Origin: Candidatus Lustribacter sp.
GTDB taxonomy: Bacteria; Vulcanimicrobiota; Vulcanimicrobiia; Vulcanimicrobiales; Vulcanimicrobiaceae
Direction: 5' to 3'
NCBI GenBank assembly: GCA_965277805.1
Contig: OZ255842.1
Location: 736,001 to 800,000 of the forward strand
DNA length: 64,000 nucleotides
The translations under genes were made by a program, and so were the position numbers. Shown here in pieces: positions 1 through 9,506 of this stretch; position 1 is the first letter of the stretch, and every line of letters begins with the position of its first letter. The notes below the pieces were generated by a model. The model ran no database searches. It had not been told where the DNA came from and was given only the letters and a program-made list of their open reading frames with translations.

Positions 1-1114
1 CGCGCTGTTCGTTCGTCAGATCCGTGCGCAATGCGAGGTCGGCCATACCGATCACGCCGTTCATCGGCGTACGTATTTCGTGGCTCATGTTGGCTAAGAA
101 GAGGCTCTTGGCGCGCGTTGCCGCGTTGGCGGCCTCGTTTGCTGCGCGCAGATCGCGGCGGACGAGTTGCTGCTGACGCCAGACGAGCAAGAGGCCCAGG
201 ATCACGAAGGTGGTAGCCCAGGCGGTGAGCAGCATGGTGCGCGCGATGCCGGCGGTTTGCGCCGCGATATCGTTATATGAGAGGCCCGACAGAACGACGA
301 TGGGAAATCCCGGCACGCTCTTGTAGGCGAAAACGCGCAACACGTGGTCGAGCGGGGTCGCGTACCAATATGAACCATCGGGTGAATGAGAAAGCCGGTT
401 CCACATCGAGGCCGATGCGGCGAACATCCGCCCGACGTGCGAGGGCGATCCGTCGCCCGTCGTGCGCGCACGAATCACGAGATCGCCGGTGCCGACCATT
501 TCGATGACACCTTCGCGACCGATATCGTTCGCGCCGTAGCCGAAGGCGAAGCTGCCGACGTCGAGCACCGCCGTGATCGCTCCGATGGGGCGGCCGTCGT
601 GATTGCGAACCGACCGCGCAAACGGAATGGAGAAACGTTTCGAGACGCGTCCGATCAGCGGCTTCCCGATCACGAGCGCATGCGTGTGAAGCGCGGCTTG
701 AAAATAGGCCCGGTCGCCGACCGAAATCGGAGCGCTGCCGCCCGCGCCGATCGCAACGCCGTGACCGGCGATATCGACGACCGCGACGTTGCCCGCCAGC
801 CCTTCGTAGAGCCGTTCGCGGGCAACCGTCCGGATCGTGCCCGCCGGACCTCGTTCGGCATCGTAAGCGCCGATTAATCGGATGATGTTGTCGACCAGCT
901 TCATGGTTGAGGCAACGTCGCCCGCATACGACGCGGCCAACTGCGTGGCGCGCGCGAGCGCGTCGGCCGTGGCGCGCTGGTTGAGGGCGCGCAGTTCTGA
1001 GCTGTACGTCAACCAAGTGGCCGCCAGCAAGACGGCGGCTACGAGAAGCGCGCGCCAGTTGTCGGCGATCGAGAAGAATCGTCCTATGCCGGGCGTCGGC
1101 GCTCCCAGGCCCAT
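1..1114 (-). CDS. Membrane sensor (hybrid-type) histidine kinase with dCache-like periplasmic domain; C-terminus runs off the left edge
   Basis: Manual translation from ATG 1114 (not in the ORF track): MGLGAPTPG..., TM1 ([14 protein letters not shown]), Cache-like DRAYFQ...[12 protein letters not shown]2, then H-box [23 protein letters not shown]; frame open to position 2. Confidence 0.9.
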   Translation of the reverse strand, partial: MGLGAPTPGIGRFFSIADNWRALLVAAVLLAATWLTYSSELRALNQRATADALARATQLAASYAGDVASTMKLVDNIIRLIGAYDAERGPAGTIRTVARERLYEGLAGNVAVVDIAGHGVAIGAGGSAPISVGDRAYFQAALHTHALVIGKPLIGRVSKRFSIPFARSVRNHDGRPIGAITAVLDVGSFAFGYGANDIGREGVIEMVGTGDLVIRARTTGDGSPSHVGRMFAASASMWNRLSHSPDGSYWYATPLDHVLRVFAYKSVPGFPIVVLSGLSYNDIAAQTAGIARTMLLTAWATTFVILGLLLVWRQQQLVRRDLRAANEAANAATRAKSLFLANMSHEIRTPMNGVIGMADLALRTDLTNEQR

Positions 1115-1154
1115 CGCCGCGTCGATTCTGGACCCCGACGGAGCCTACCCCTCC

Positions 1155-2609
1155 CTAGGGCTTTTGCATCTCCGTTCCGCACAAGGCGCAACCCGTCGGA
1201 TGGCTTTCCGAGATGTGCGCGCGCACGTGGTCGATCGACTCCTTGGCCTCGCGCATCACCCGCGCTACGTCGATCGCGGTGAGTCGACCGTGGCGCTTGA
1301 GGATTCGTCCGTCGACAAGCACCGTGTCGACGTTGTTCGGGTGTGCCGACTGCACGATCATGTGCACGGGATCCGTGAAAGGCGCCATGTTGAGCGCGTC
1401 GGTCCGCACCAAAATCAAATCGGCCTGTTTCCCTGGCGTAAGCGAACCGACTCGGTCGGCGATCCCGAGGTCGCGGGCACCGCCCATCGTTGCCATTTCC
1501 AGCGCGGTGCGTGCGGGCAAGGCGAATTCGCTCTGCTTGCGTCCGTTTTCCTCATTCTGGATGCCGCGCATCGTCTCGAACATGTCGGCGTTGCCGCAGA
1601 GGATGACCGTGTCGATCGAGAGGCTGACCGGATTCCCCGTCGCCAAGTATTCGCCGATCGGACCGAAGCCGAAACCCGTACGCATCTCCGTGAACGGGCT
1701 GAAGCTTACGTGCGCACCGGATTTTGCGACGCGTTCGATGTCGCCGGGTGCCGGATTGGTGGCGTGGACGAGCTGCAGGTCGGGCCCGAGCAGGCCGGCG
1801 TCGTCGAGCGCTTTGATGCCGAACGTTTTCTTCGCGTTCGTTCCGATGTGAATCGTGATCGGAAGCTTGTTGGCGCGCGCGAAGGCGAACTCGCGCCGGC
1901 AGATGTCGATGGTGTTGTTTTCCGGACCGCGTGATGCGATACCGAGTGTGATCAAGCCGTCGTTGGGAACGTCGAAGTACTGTTTCTTCACGCGCAGTAC
2001 GTCGTCGAGCGGCAGCGTTTCGTTCGGACCGGTGTTGCGGGAATACCCGTATGAGAAGAGCGCGCGTCCGCCGACTTCGCGGTGCACGGCGAGTTCGGCA
2101 TCGGCATACGCGGGCTTGAGCAGGTTGTGCGACCAGTTGTGAACGGTCGTCAAGCCGCTATTGAGTGCCTCGGCCAGCGCAAGCCGGACCCCGCGCGCGT
2201 TGTCTTCGGGACTGAAGAGCACGCCCATGACGCGGCTGTAGGGGAAGTAGCCCGTGGCTTCGGTGTCGCCCGACATATTGCGCGAGATCGTCTCCCACAT
2301 GTGCCAGTGCGTTTCGATCAGTCCCGGCAGCACGATCATGGTGCGCGCATCGATGACTTCCGCGCCGGGCGCGCTCAGGTTCGGACCGACGGCGACGATC
2401 CGGCCGTTCCGCACGTGGACGTCGCCTTGCGGGATGTCGCCGAGCTTCGGGTCCATCGTGAGCAGGTAACCGTTGCGCACGAGATAGTCGCCGCGCGACG
2501 GTAACTGCGGCGAAGGTGCGGCGGCGGCGATCGAGTGGTTCGCGAGCAGGCCGAGGCTGCCGGCAGCCATACCGGAGAGAAGTTCACGCCGGTTCGGAAC
2601 GATGTTCAT
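1155..2609 (-). CDS. Amidohydrolase (MTA/SAH-deaminase/AtzA-like subtype) with Tat signal peptide
   Basis: PGLIETHWH metal motif, LVHAT, SIDT, GSLTPGKQADL; N-terminus NRRELL plus hydrophobic stretch; SD AAGGAG before ATG 2609. Confidence 0.85.
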   Translation of the reverse strand: MNIVPNRRELLSGMAAGSLGLLANHSIAAAAPSPQLPSRGDYLVRNGYLLTMDPKLGDIPQGDVHVRNGRIVAVGPNLSAPGAEVIDARTMIVLPGLIETHWHMWETISRNMSGDTEATGYFPYSRVMGVLFSPEDNARGVRLALAEALNSGLTTVHNWSHNLLKPAYADAELAVHREVGGRALFSYGYSRNTGPNETLPLDDVLRVKKQYFDVPNDGLITLGIASRGPENNTIDICRREFAFARANKLPITIHIGTNAKKTFGIKALDDAGLLGPDLQLVHATNPAPGDIERVAKSGAHVSFSPFTEMRTGFGFGPIGEYLATGNPVSLSIDTVILCGNADMFETMRGIQNEENGRKQSEFALPARTALEMATMGGARDLGIADRVGSLTPGKQADLILVRTDALNMAPFTDPVHMIVQSAHPNNVDTVLVDGRILKRHGRLTAIDVARVMREAKESIDHVRAHISESHPTGCALCGTEMQKP

Positions 2610-2695
2610 GTTCGTGCTCCTTATGAAGTTCCGCACTACGGGAGGGTTAGCAGGTCATCCTCGATGATAACTTCCCGTCCGAAGAAGGAGCACCG

Positions 2696-3676
2696 ATGCG
2701 GAAACTCTCATCGATCGTCGCCCGAATGCTGGCCGTGGCGGGGCTTGCCGTCATGACGAGTACGGCGTTGCCGGTGGCGATCACCGCGCAACCCGCGCCC
2801 GAACACATTACGGTCGGCGCGTCGACAGACGATCTCGTGCGTCCACTGCTCTACGCCGTCGACGCGGGCCTGTTCAAGAAAGCCGGGCTCGACGTCGAGA
2901 TCGTCAAGCTGGCCAACGGTGCGGCCGTTGCGGCGGCCGTTGCGGGCGGTTCGCTCGATCTCGGTAAGGGCAGCGCGCTCACGCCGGTTCAAGCCTACGC
3001 GAAGGGCATTCCGTTCACCGTCACGGCCAATCTCGGCGATTATACGGCCGATGCGCCCAGCATCGCGATGCTGGTGCTGAAGAGCTCCCCGTTGCGCGGT
3101 CCCAAAGATCTGGCCGGAAAGACCATCGGCATGGTCGGGTTGCAAGACTCGATCACGCTCGGCATCTACACTTGGCTCGAGCAGAACGGCGTCGACATCG
3201 CCGCCGAGAAGTTCGTCGAGATCGGCAACTCGGCCGGCGCCGCGGCGCTGCAAGCTGGCCGCGTCGATGCGATGATGTTCCAGGAGCCGGCGCTTTCAGC
3301 CGCCATCTCGCTGCCGGACTTGCGCGTCTTTGCCTACCCCGACAACGCGCTCGGCAAGCGCTTTTCGATCGGCACGATCTTCGGCATGAGCTCGTGGGTG
3401 AACGCGCACCGCGATGCGGTCACGCGCTTCAACATCGCGCTGCGCGATGCCGAGGCCTACGTCGGCGCGCACGAAAACGAGACCAAGCCGCTGGCCGCGA
3501 AGTTCGCCGGCGTCGATGTCGCGTCGATGCAGAACGTGCGCCCGCCGCTGCGGACGCTCTTCGTCGAACCGAGCGATATTCAAACCCAGATCGATGCCGC
3601 CGCGAAGTATAAGTTCATCGCGAAAGGGTTCGACGCCAACGAATTTATTTGCGACTGCGCTTTGCGGAAGAAGTAG
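2696..3676 (+). CDS. ABC substrate-binding protein, NMT1/THI5/SsuA-like (solitary)
   Basis: Signal peptide, GLFKKAGLDVEI, DLAGKTIG, ALQAGRVDA; SD AAGGAG. Confidence 0.88.
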   Translation: MRKLSSIVARMLAVAGLAVMTSTALPVAITAQPAPEHITVGASTDDLVRPLLYAVDAGLFKKAGLDVEIVKLANGAAVAAAVAGGSLDLGKGSALTPVQAYAKGIPFTVTANLGDYTADAPSIAMLVLKSSPLRGPKDLAGKTIGMVGLQDSITLGIYTWLEQNGVDIAAEKFVEIGNSAGAAALQAGRVDAMMFQEPALSAAISLPDLRVFAYPDNALGKRFSIGTIFGMSSWVNAHRDAVTRFNIALRDAEAYVGAHENETKPLAAKFAGVDVASMQNVRPPLRTLFVEPSDIQTQIDAAAKYKFIAKGFDANEFICDCALRKK

Positions 3677-4067
3677 CCGCTTTAGCCTTGGGTGCGTTCT
3701 TCTTGAGATGGGTTTGATTGTACTCAATGGCCGCGCGAACCAGCGCTTTTAACGCGCGCTCGTCCACCTTATCGCCCTCGAAGAAATCGATCGCGCGCCG
3801 CGTGTTGCCGCCCATGCCGGAGTTGAAGAGCTTATCGGGGTCCGGCAGCTTCGCGCCGTAAGCGAACGTGACGTTCACTTTCGCTTTGAACGCGTTGGCC
3901 ACGGCGATCATGCCGTCGCGCGACCACAACGGGCTGCCCATCCACTTGAACTCCTCGACGATCTGCGGATCGGCGGCAAGGATCGTCTTGCGAACGGTCG
4001 CGAACGTCTTGCCGCGCCAGTCGGGAATGTCCGCGATGAGCTCATCGATCTGCTTTGACGGGTTCAT
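3645..4067 (-). CDS. DUF1801 (YdhG-like) domain protein
   Basis: DWRGKTF...EEFKWMGSPLW...LPDPDKLFN...RRAIDF; start overlaps the VOC gene stop. Confidence 0.8.
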   Translation of the reverse strand: MNPSKQIDELIADIPDWRGKTFATVRKTILAADPQIVEEFKWMGSPLWSRDGMIAVANAFKAKVNVTFAYGAKLPDPDKLFNSGMGGNTRRAIDFFEGDKVDERALKALVRAAIEYNQTHLKKNAPKAKAATSSAKRSRK

Positions 4068-4474
4068 TTTTTCTGATTGAAGCGCAGCAGCGTTCCCGAG
4101 GGGTCGCGGAAGGCGCAATCGCGGACGCCGTAGGGCTGGTCGATCGGTTCTTGGATCACTTCGGCGCCGGCGGCGCGGATGCGCTCGAACGTGGCGTCGA
4201 CGTCGTCGCTCGTGAAGATGACGCCGCGCATCATTCCTTTGGCCAGCAGTTCGGCGATGGCTTTGCGGTCGGCCGGCGAGGCGTTCGGATCGGCGGCCGG
4301 CGGTTCGAGGACGATGCTCATGTCCGGCTGCACGCGCGAACCCAGCGTCACCCAGCGCATTTGCTCGAATTTGACGTCGGCGCGGACTTCGAGACCGAGC
4401 ACGTCGCGGTAGAAGGCGAGTGCCTTCTCGTGGTCGTCCACGGCGATAAAACAGGTCGAAACGGTGAGATTCAT
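4064..4474 (-). CDS. VOC/glyoxalase family protein
   Basis: VDDHEKALAFYRDVLG, EPIDQPYGVRDCAFRDPSG. Confidence 0.9.
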   Translation of the reverse strand: MNLTVSTCFIAVDDHEKALAFYRDVLGLEVRADVKFEQMRWVTLGSRVQPDMSIVLEPPAADPNASPADRKAIAELLAKGMMRGVIFTSDDVDATFERIRAAGAEVIQEPIDQPYGVRDCAFRDPSGTLLRFNQKK

Positions 4475-4478
4475 GCCG

Positions 4479-4901
4479 TCAGGTTACCAGCCGCCGACCG
4501 AATTTGGCTTCTTCCTTTCTGACCGGCCGCGTCATGATCTTGGCGAAGCAGGCCGGGATGGCGGCCAAGTGGTCGTGGGAGCGTGCGCGATACGCGCTCG
4601 GGCTCTCGCCGACCAGCTCCGTAAACCGCGTGCTGAATGACCCGAGCGACGTGCAGCCCACCGCGAAGCAGACGTCCGTCACGCTGAGATCGCCGCGCCG
4701 CAGCAGCGCCTTGGCTCGCTCGATCCGGCGGGTCATGAGATAGCTATAGGGCGTTTCACCGAACGCCGCGCGGAAACTGCGCGAGAAGTGTCCGGCCGAC
4801 ATGAGCGCGTTCCGCGCGAGCGCCGGTACGGACAACGGCTCGGCATAGTCGCGGTCCATGGTATCGCGAGCCCGGCGCAGGCGCACGAGGTCGGTGATCA
4901 T
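4479..4901 (-). CDS. Short AraC-family transcriptional regulator
   Basis: HFSRSFRAAFGETPYSY, VTDVCFAVGCTSLGSFSTRF helix-turn-helix motifs. Confidence 0.9.
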   Translation of the reverse strand: MITDLVRLRRARDTMDRDYAEPLSVPALARNALMSAGHFSRSFRAAFGETPYSYLMTRRIERAKALLRRGDLSVTDVCFAVGCTSLGSFSTRFTELVGESPSAYRARSHDHLAAIPACFAKIMTRPVRKEEAKFGRRLVT

Positions 4902-4957
4902 CGCCCGTCCTTCGACGGGCAGAGGCGAGGCCTTTTGTGCGGCGGAAGTTCGATGGC

Positions 4958-5890
4958 GTGCAGAGAGTTGAGAACGAGTTCGACGTCATCGTTGCGGGCG
5001 CGGGCATTGCGGGACTGACCGCGGCCCTGACCGCGGCGCGGCTGGGGCGCAAGACGATGGTGCTGGCCGGCAATTTGCTCGGCGGCCAACTGCTGAGCAT
5101 CGAAACGGTCGACGGCTTTCCGGGCTTTCCGGACGGTATCCCCGGCTACGATCTCTGCCCGATCGCTCAGGAGCAGGCGCAGAACGCGGGCGCGGAATTC
5201 TTACAGACGACGATCGACGGCCTGACGCGCGAGGGCGACGGTTGGAAGGTCGCAACCGGCGAGGGCGATCTGACCGCGCGCGCCGTTATCGTCGCGACCG
5301 GCGCGGCGCTCAAACATCTCGGCGTGCCGGGTGAAGAAGCGTTCAGCGGCAAGGGCGTGAGCCACTGCGCAACCTGCGACGGCCCGTTCTTCAAAAGCAA
5401 GGACACGGTGGTTGTCGGCGGCGGTGACAGCGCGCTGCAGGAAGCGTTAACGTTAGCGCAGTTTGCCGCGAAGACGATCATCGTCAATCGCGCGCCGCAA
5501 CTCACCGGGCAAGCGCTCTATCGTCAACGCGTCGCGGACAACGCGACGATCGAAGTACGCAATGATGCGACGGTTACGGAAATTCTCGGGAACGGCTCGG
5601 TATCGAGCGTGCGGATCGCCAGTGGCGGTGCGACGTCCGATCTGCCGGTCGCGGGAGTCTTCGTCTATATCGGGCTCGCGCCGGAGGCGGAATTTCTCGC
5701 CGGCGTCTTGACCCTCGACACCGACGGCGCCGTGCCGACCGACAGCGCGATGCGCACGAGCCTCCCGGGCATCTGCGCCGCCGGCACCGTGCGCGCGGGA
5801 GCGGCCGGCCGCGCTGCGGCGTCGGCCGGCGACGGCAGCGTCGCCGCGATTACGATCGACCGCTACCTCAGCGACGGCACGTGGAGCTAG
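4958..5890 (+). CDS. Thioredoxin reductase-like FAD-dependent disulfide oxidoreductase
   Basis: GAGIAG, ATGA, CATC redox motif, GGGDSA; GTG 4958 start inferred. Confidence 0.85.
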   Translation: MQRVENEFDVIVAGAGIAGLTAALTAARLGRKTMVLAGNLLGGQLLSIETVDGFPGFPDGIPGYDLCPIAQEQAQNAGAEFLQTTIDGLTREGDGWKVATGEGDLTARAVIVATGAALKHLGVPGEEAFSGKGVSHCATCDGPFFKSKDTVVVGGGDSALQEALTLAQFAAKTIIVNRAPQLTGQALYRQRVADNATIEVRNDATVTEILGNGSVSSVRIASGGATSDLPVAGVFVYIGLAPEAEFLAGVLTLDTDGAVPTDSAMRTSLPGICAAGTVRAGAAGRAAASAGDGSVAAITIDRYLSDGTWS

Positions 5891-5966
5891 CGGCGGCGCA
5901 AGCAAGCCATTGGTATTAGGCTAACGGTGGGGCGCCTAGCGTACGCTGCCGAACGTAGCTGGTTCA

Positions 5967-7130
5967 GTGTTAAGCAGCCGCGATTCCCATGGTAATTCAG
6001 ACGAGCCTCATTGGGCGCTTGCTGCTGTGCGTCTCGAACTCGCCAAGAGCGAGGAGCGCTATCGCATTCTGGGTGAAGCGCTTCCCGGCGTGACCTGGAC
6101 GGCAAACCCCGAGGGGCTCGTCGACGATATCGTCGGCTTCTCGGCCGCGAGCCGGCTCGGCTCATCCTCGCTTGGGGAGGGCTGGCTCGCGCTGGTTCAT
6201 GATGAGGACCGCGCGGCGACGCTCGTGCTATGGCAGGCGGCGCTTGAGGCGGGCACGTCCTACGAAGCGCAATTCCGTTCGCTCGGCGACGACGGCGTTT
6301 ATCGCTGGCAACTCGTGCGCGCGCTGCCGCAGCGTGACGCCGTCGGCAAGATCATGCGCTGGATCGGCGTCAACATCGATGTCGACGAGCAGCACCGTGC
6401 GCTCGAGCACGAGCAGCGCATCGCGTTCATGCTTCAGGAAGCGTCGCTGCCGACGACGTTGCCGGCCATTCCAAACGTGTACTTGTGCGCGTATTATCGT
6501 CCGGGTCACAGCGAGGCGACGATCGGCGGTGATTGGTACGACGCGTTTCTGCTCGAAGACGGACGCCTCGTCTTGACGATCGGCGACGTGCTCGGCAAAG
6601 GGCTCGGGGCGGCCGTAACGATGGGGAACATTCGGCAAGCGATGCGCGCGGTCGCGCGACTCCTGCCCGATCCGAATGCGCTGCTCGATGCGGCCGATCA
6701 TACGGTGCGTTCCGACTCTGCGCTGACGGACGTCTACGCGACGGCACTCGCCGGCATCTACGATCCGCGCCGGCAGTCGTTCTCGTTTGCATCCGCGGGA
6801 CATCCGGGTCCGGTGCTGCGGCATCCCGACGGGCGCATCGAAGAACTCTCGTCGCCGGGCACGCTACTCGGCATGCGCAACCGCGACGAGGTCAACACAG
6901 TCACGATCGGGGTTCCGCACGGCTCGGCGCTGGTGTTCGTGACGGACGGCTTGCTCGAAGCAACGCGCGACCTCGACGACGGTGTCCTGCGCGTCAATTC
7001 GGCCATGCGCTCGGAAGACGTGTGGGCGGCGGAGAATTGCGCGCACGCGCTCGTGACCTACGTGCTCGCCGGACAGCCGGCAACCGATGACGTCGCCGTT
7101 CTCATTGCGGAATTCGGACCATCGGACTGA
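5967..7130 (+). CDS. PAS domain + SpoIIE/PP2C serine phosphatase
   Basis: PAS (VHDEDR...YRWQL...WIGVNIDV) followed by GGDWYD, GDVLGKG, SAGHP, TDGL, DDVA. Confidence 0.88.
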   Translation: MLSSRDSHGNSDEPHWALAAVRLELAKSEERYRILGEALPGVTWTANPEGLVDDIVGFSAASRLGSSSLGEGWLALVHDEDRAATLVLWQAALEAGTSYEAQFRSLGDDGVYRWQLVRALPQRDAVGKIMRWIGVNIDVDEQHRALEHEQRIAFMLQEASLPTTLPAIPNVYLCAYYRPGHSEATIGGDWYDAFLLEDGRLVLTIGDVLGKGLGAAVTMGNIRQAMRAVARLLPDPNALLDAADHTVRSDSALTDVYATALAGIYDPRRQSFSFASAGHPGPVLRHPDGRIEELSSPGTLLGMRNRDEVNTVTIGVPHGSALVFVTDGLLEATRDLDDGVLRVNSAMRSEDVWAAENCAHALVTYVLAGQPATDDVAVLIAEFGPSD

Positions 7131-7135
7131 AACGG

Positions 7136-7897
7136 CTAAACGTCATGGATAACCGCCGACGCTCGTAACAGGCCGGTGAATTGCGTGCGGGCCACCGCGT
7201 AGCATTCGCAGGCAGCCTCTTCGAGGCCGGGCCGGTCGAGAACCTTGATGATGCCGTGCGCGTACTTGATGAAACCGGCTTTTTGCAACGTCGATGCGGC
7301 GATCGCCACCCCCGAGCGGCCCGTGCCGAGCATCATTGCGAGAAACTCTTGCGTTAGCGGTATCACGTCCGAGTCGACCCGGTCCCTGGTCATCAAGAGC
7401 CAACGCGCGCAACGCTCGTTGATGCTGTGTAGCCGATTGCATGCGGCAAGCTGTCCGAGCATGTTGACATAGGCTTGCAAATAACGGTCGAGCAACTGCC
7501 GGAACGCTGCATCGTTGGCGGCCAATTCGCGAAACACGTCGGCGGGAATTCGTATCGCCGTACCGCGGACTTGGCAATAACAGACGTTCGCCGTCGATGA
7601 GGCGCCCATCAGCAGCGGGAAGGCGGACATCCCCTCGCGTCCGATCGTCCCGATCTCAATTTGGCTCCCGTCGATCATGCGTGCGACCACCGACAGAACG
7701 CAGTCGAGCGGAAAGTAGACGTCGTTGATCGGTTCTTCGGCGTCGTAGATTGGCTGGCGCAACCCGACCGGCAACAGTTCGCCGCGTTCGAGAACGACGG
7801 CAATGCTCGACGAGCCGAGCGCGTGAAGGATGGCATTCTGCGCCAAAGACGCCGGGGTGATCGGGGGATTGCCGCGGGCGGCCCGTTTTACAACCAA
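7136..7897 (-). CDS. Crp/Fnr family transcriptional regulator
   Basis: VYFP, IGREG, ACNRLHSINERCARWLL, LTQEFLAMMLG, ACECY; TTG 7897 with GGAGG upstream (ORF-track 5' extension not supported). Confidence 0.88.
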   Translation of the reverse strand: MVVKRAARGNPPITPASLAQNAILHALGSSSIAVVLERGELLPVGLRQPIYDAEEPINDVYFPLDCVLSVVARMIDGSQIEIGTIGREGMSAFPLLMGASSTANVCYCQVRGTAIRIPADVFRELAANDAAFRQLLDRYLQAYVNMLGQLAACNRLHSINERCARWLLMTRDRVDSDVIPLTQEFLAMMLGTGRSGVAIAASTLQKAGFIKYAHGIIKVLDRPGLEEAACECYAVARTQFTGLLRASAVIHDV

Positions 7898-8010
7898 GGT
7901 AAGCGACCGCCTCCGAAATGCGATGTGCTCCCATCGTACCATGTAGAGAGGGGTTCTGCTGCATTCCATACAGACGCGCGGGCGAAACGTGCGTACGCTT
8001 GTCGAAGCGA

Positions 8011-8202
8011 ATGGATTACTTGATCTCGTGCTCCTGCGGCCACACGATCGAACAGCACGATTTTTACGACGGCTGCACTCGCTGTAGTTGCCGGCGCCAT
8101 CGGGGTGAGGCGATTGAGGCATTGATCGAAAAAATACGGGGCGAATCGCTGTCGCCGGCGTCATCGAATGCCACGGTACACGCCGGCTGGAAAAAAGCCT
8201 AG
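8011..8202 (+). CDS. Small Cys/His-rich hypothetical protein (possible zinc finger)
   Basis: MDYLISCSCGHTIEQHDFYDGCTRCSC...: CxCGH-x4-H-x5-CxxCxC; fills the gap directly upstream of a PP2C gene. Confidence 0.55.
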   Translation: MDYLISCSCGHTIEQHDFYDGCTRCSCRRHRGEAIEALIEKIRGESLSPASSNATVHAGWKKA

Positions 8203-8207
8203 GGCCT

Positions 8208-8978
8208 TTGATGCTAGATCCGCTCGCGGCGGGCCCTTCTCAAGAGCCGTCGCTAACGCGCTTTAACGGCCTCGAGATCAGCTCGCGCATCATCCCGGCG
8301 GCGGGTGCCCCGCGCGGCGGGGATTGGTGCGACGTTTTCGCCGTCGACGATGACGTCCTCGCGCTCTCGATCGGTGATGTCTGCGGACACGGTGTCGAGA
8401 AGTTCGATGCGATGGTCGCCATGCGTCAAGCGATCCGTGATGCCGTGCTTCGCAAGCTCGATCCCGCTCAAACGCTCTCGCAGGTCAACATGTTCCTCAA
8501 TGAGTTCGATCCCGGTGAAATCATCACCGCGATCGTCGGGCTCATCGATACGCGCCGGCGCTCGATCGTCTACGCGAACGCCGGTCATCCGCCGCCGATC
8601 GTGGCCGGCCCATCCGGAGCGTCGTTTGTCGCGTCGGCCGAGCCTGACGTCCCGCTGGGGATCGAGCCCCATTTCACGCCGGCGATTCATGAGCTCAGCT
8701 TACCGGCTTCAACATTGATCGTTTTCTATACGGACGGCGTTACCGGGAGTACGCGCGACTCGCTGCAGGGCGATGCTCAGCTCTGCGCCGCAGCAAAGTT
8801 CGCGCGCGATTTTCCGGAGTTGCCGACGGCCGCGACGATCGAAGCCATGACGATCGCTGCCGGAAACTTTGACGATGTGGCCATCTTGACGGTCCGAACG
8901 CCGCTCTTCCCGATCCTTCGCAGTCGCGGTCCCAAACGACATGTCGCATCCCGTGTGCGGGTGCTCACCGGTGAGTGA
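8208..8978 (+). CDS. Stand-alone SpoIIE/PP2C phosphatase
   Basis: GGDWCD, GDVCGHG, NAGHPPP, YTDGV, DDVAIL. Confidence 0.85.
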   Translation: MMLDPLAAGPSQEPSLTRFNGLEISSRIIPAAGAPRGGDWCDVFAVDDDVLALSIGDVCGHGVEKFDAMVAMRQAIRDAVLRKLDPAQTLSQVNMFLNEFDPGEIITAIVGLIDTRRRSIVYANAGHPPPIVAGPSGASFVASAEPDVPLGIEPHFTPAIHELSLPASTLIVFYTDGVTGSTRDSLQGDAQLCAAAKFARDFPELPTAATIEAMTIAAGNFDDVAILTVRTPLFPILRSRGPKRHVASRVRVLTGE

Positions 8979-9459
8979 CTGGGCGAGGGAGGTGAGCGCG
9001 GACGTGCTTGCCGTTTGTCCGTTTTCGATCGCGCAAGAGTACGCATCCGACTATTTTCGTCATGCCGAAGCAGGTCATGACGAAGCCGAAATACGCGTGC
9101 CGATTCGTTTCCTGCCGCCGATCGTTCGCCGGCGCGTCGAGTTGCGTTTTGGAATTCATTCCGACGGGACCGAGCCGGGCCGCACGCACGACGAGATCCG
9201 CGTGCGCTGGAGCAGCGGCACGTGGCTGCTTCCGGAATTCCATGGGTCCGTGCGGTTGCGCATCGCCGGGTCTGCGACGCGCGTGCTCGTCGACGGATCG
9301 TATCATGCGCCGTTCGGTTTCGTCGGCCGCGTCTTTGACAGCCTGATCGGCGAACATATCGCTCATGCGAGCGTGCGCGATCTCGCGCATCGCATTGCGG
9401 TTTATTTGGAAGAGCGCGAACGAGCCTGGCGAGCGCGGGTCTCCATAGCGACCCCCTGA
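8971..9459 (+). CDS. Hypothetical protein, possible SRPBCC/START-like fold
   Basis: C-terminal GSYHAPFGFVGRVFD...IAHASVRDL pattern; overlaps the PP2C stop; start uncertain. Confidence 0.5.
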   Translation: MSDWAREVSADVLAVCPFSIAQEYASDYFRHAEAGHDEAEIRVPIRFLPPIVRRRVELRFGIHSDGTEPGRTHDEIRVRWSSGTWLLPEFHGSVRLRIAGSATRVLVDGSYHAPFGFVGRVFDSLIGEHIAHASVRDLAHRIAVYLEERERAWRARVSIATP

Positions 9460-9506
9460 GGAATCTCCCGAAGGTCTGCGATCGTGCGCCGACGGAAATG
9501 CGCGAT

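Noticed and set aside
273-1934. ORF-track entries 273-1016, 386-877 and 882-1934
   Set aside because: Off-frame or antisense to the histidine kinase and amidohydrolase; no motifs.
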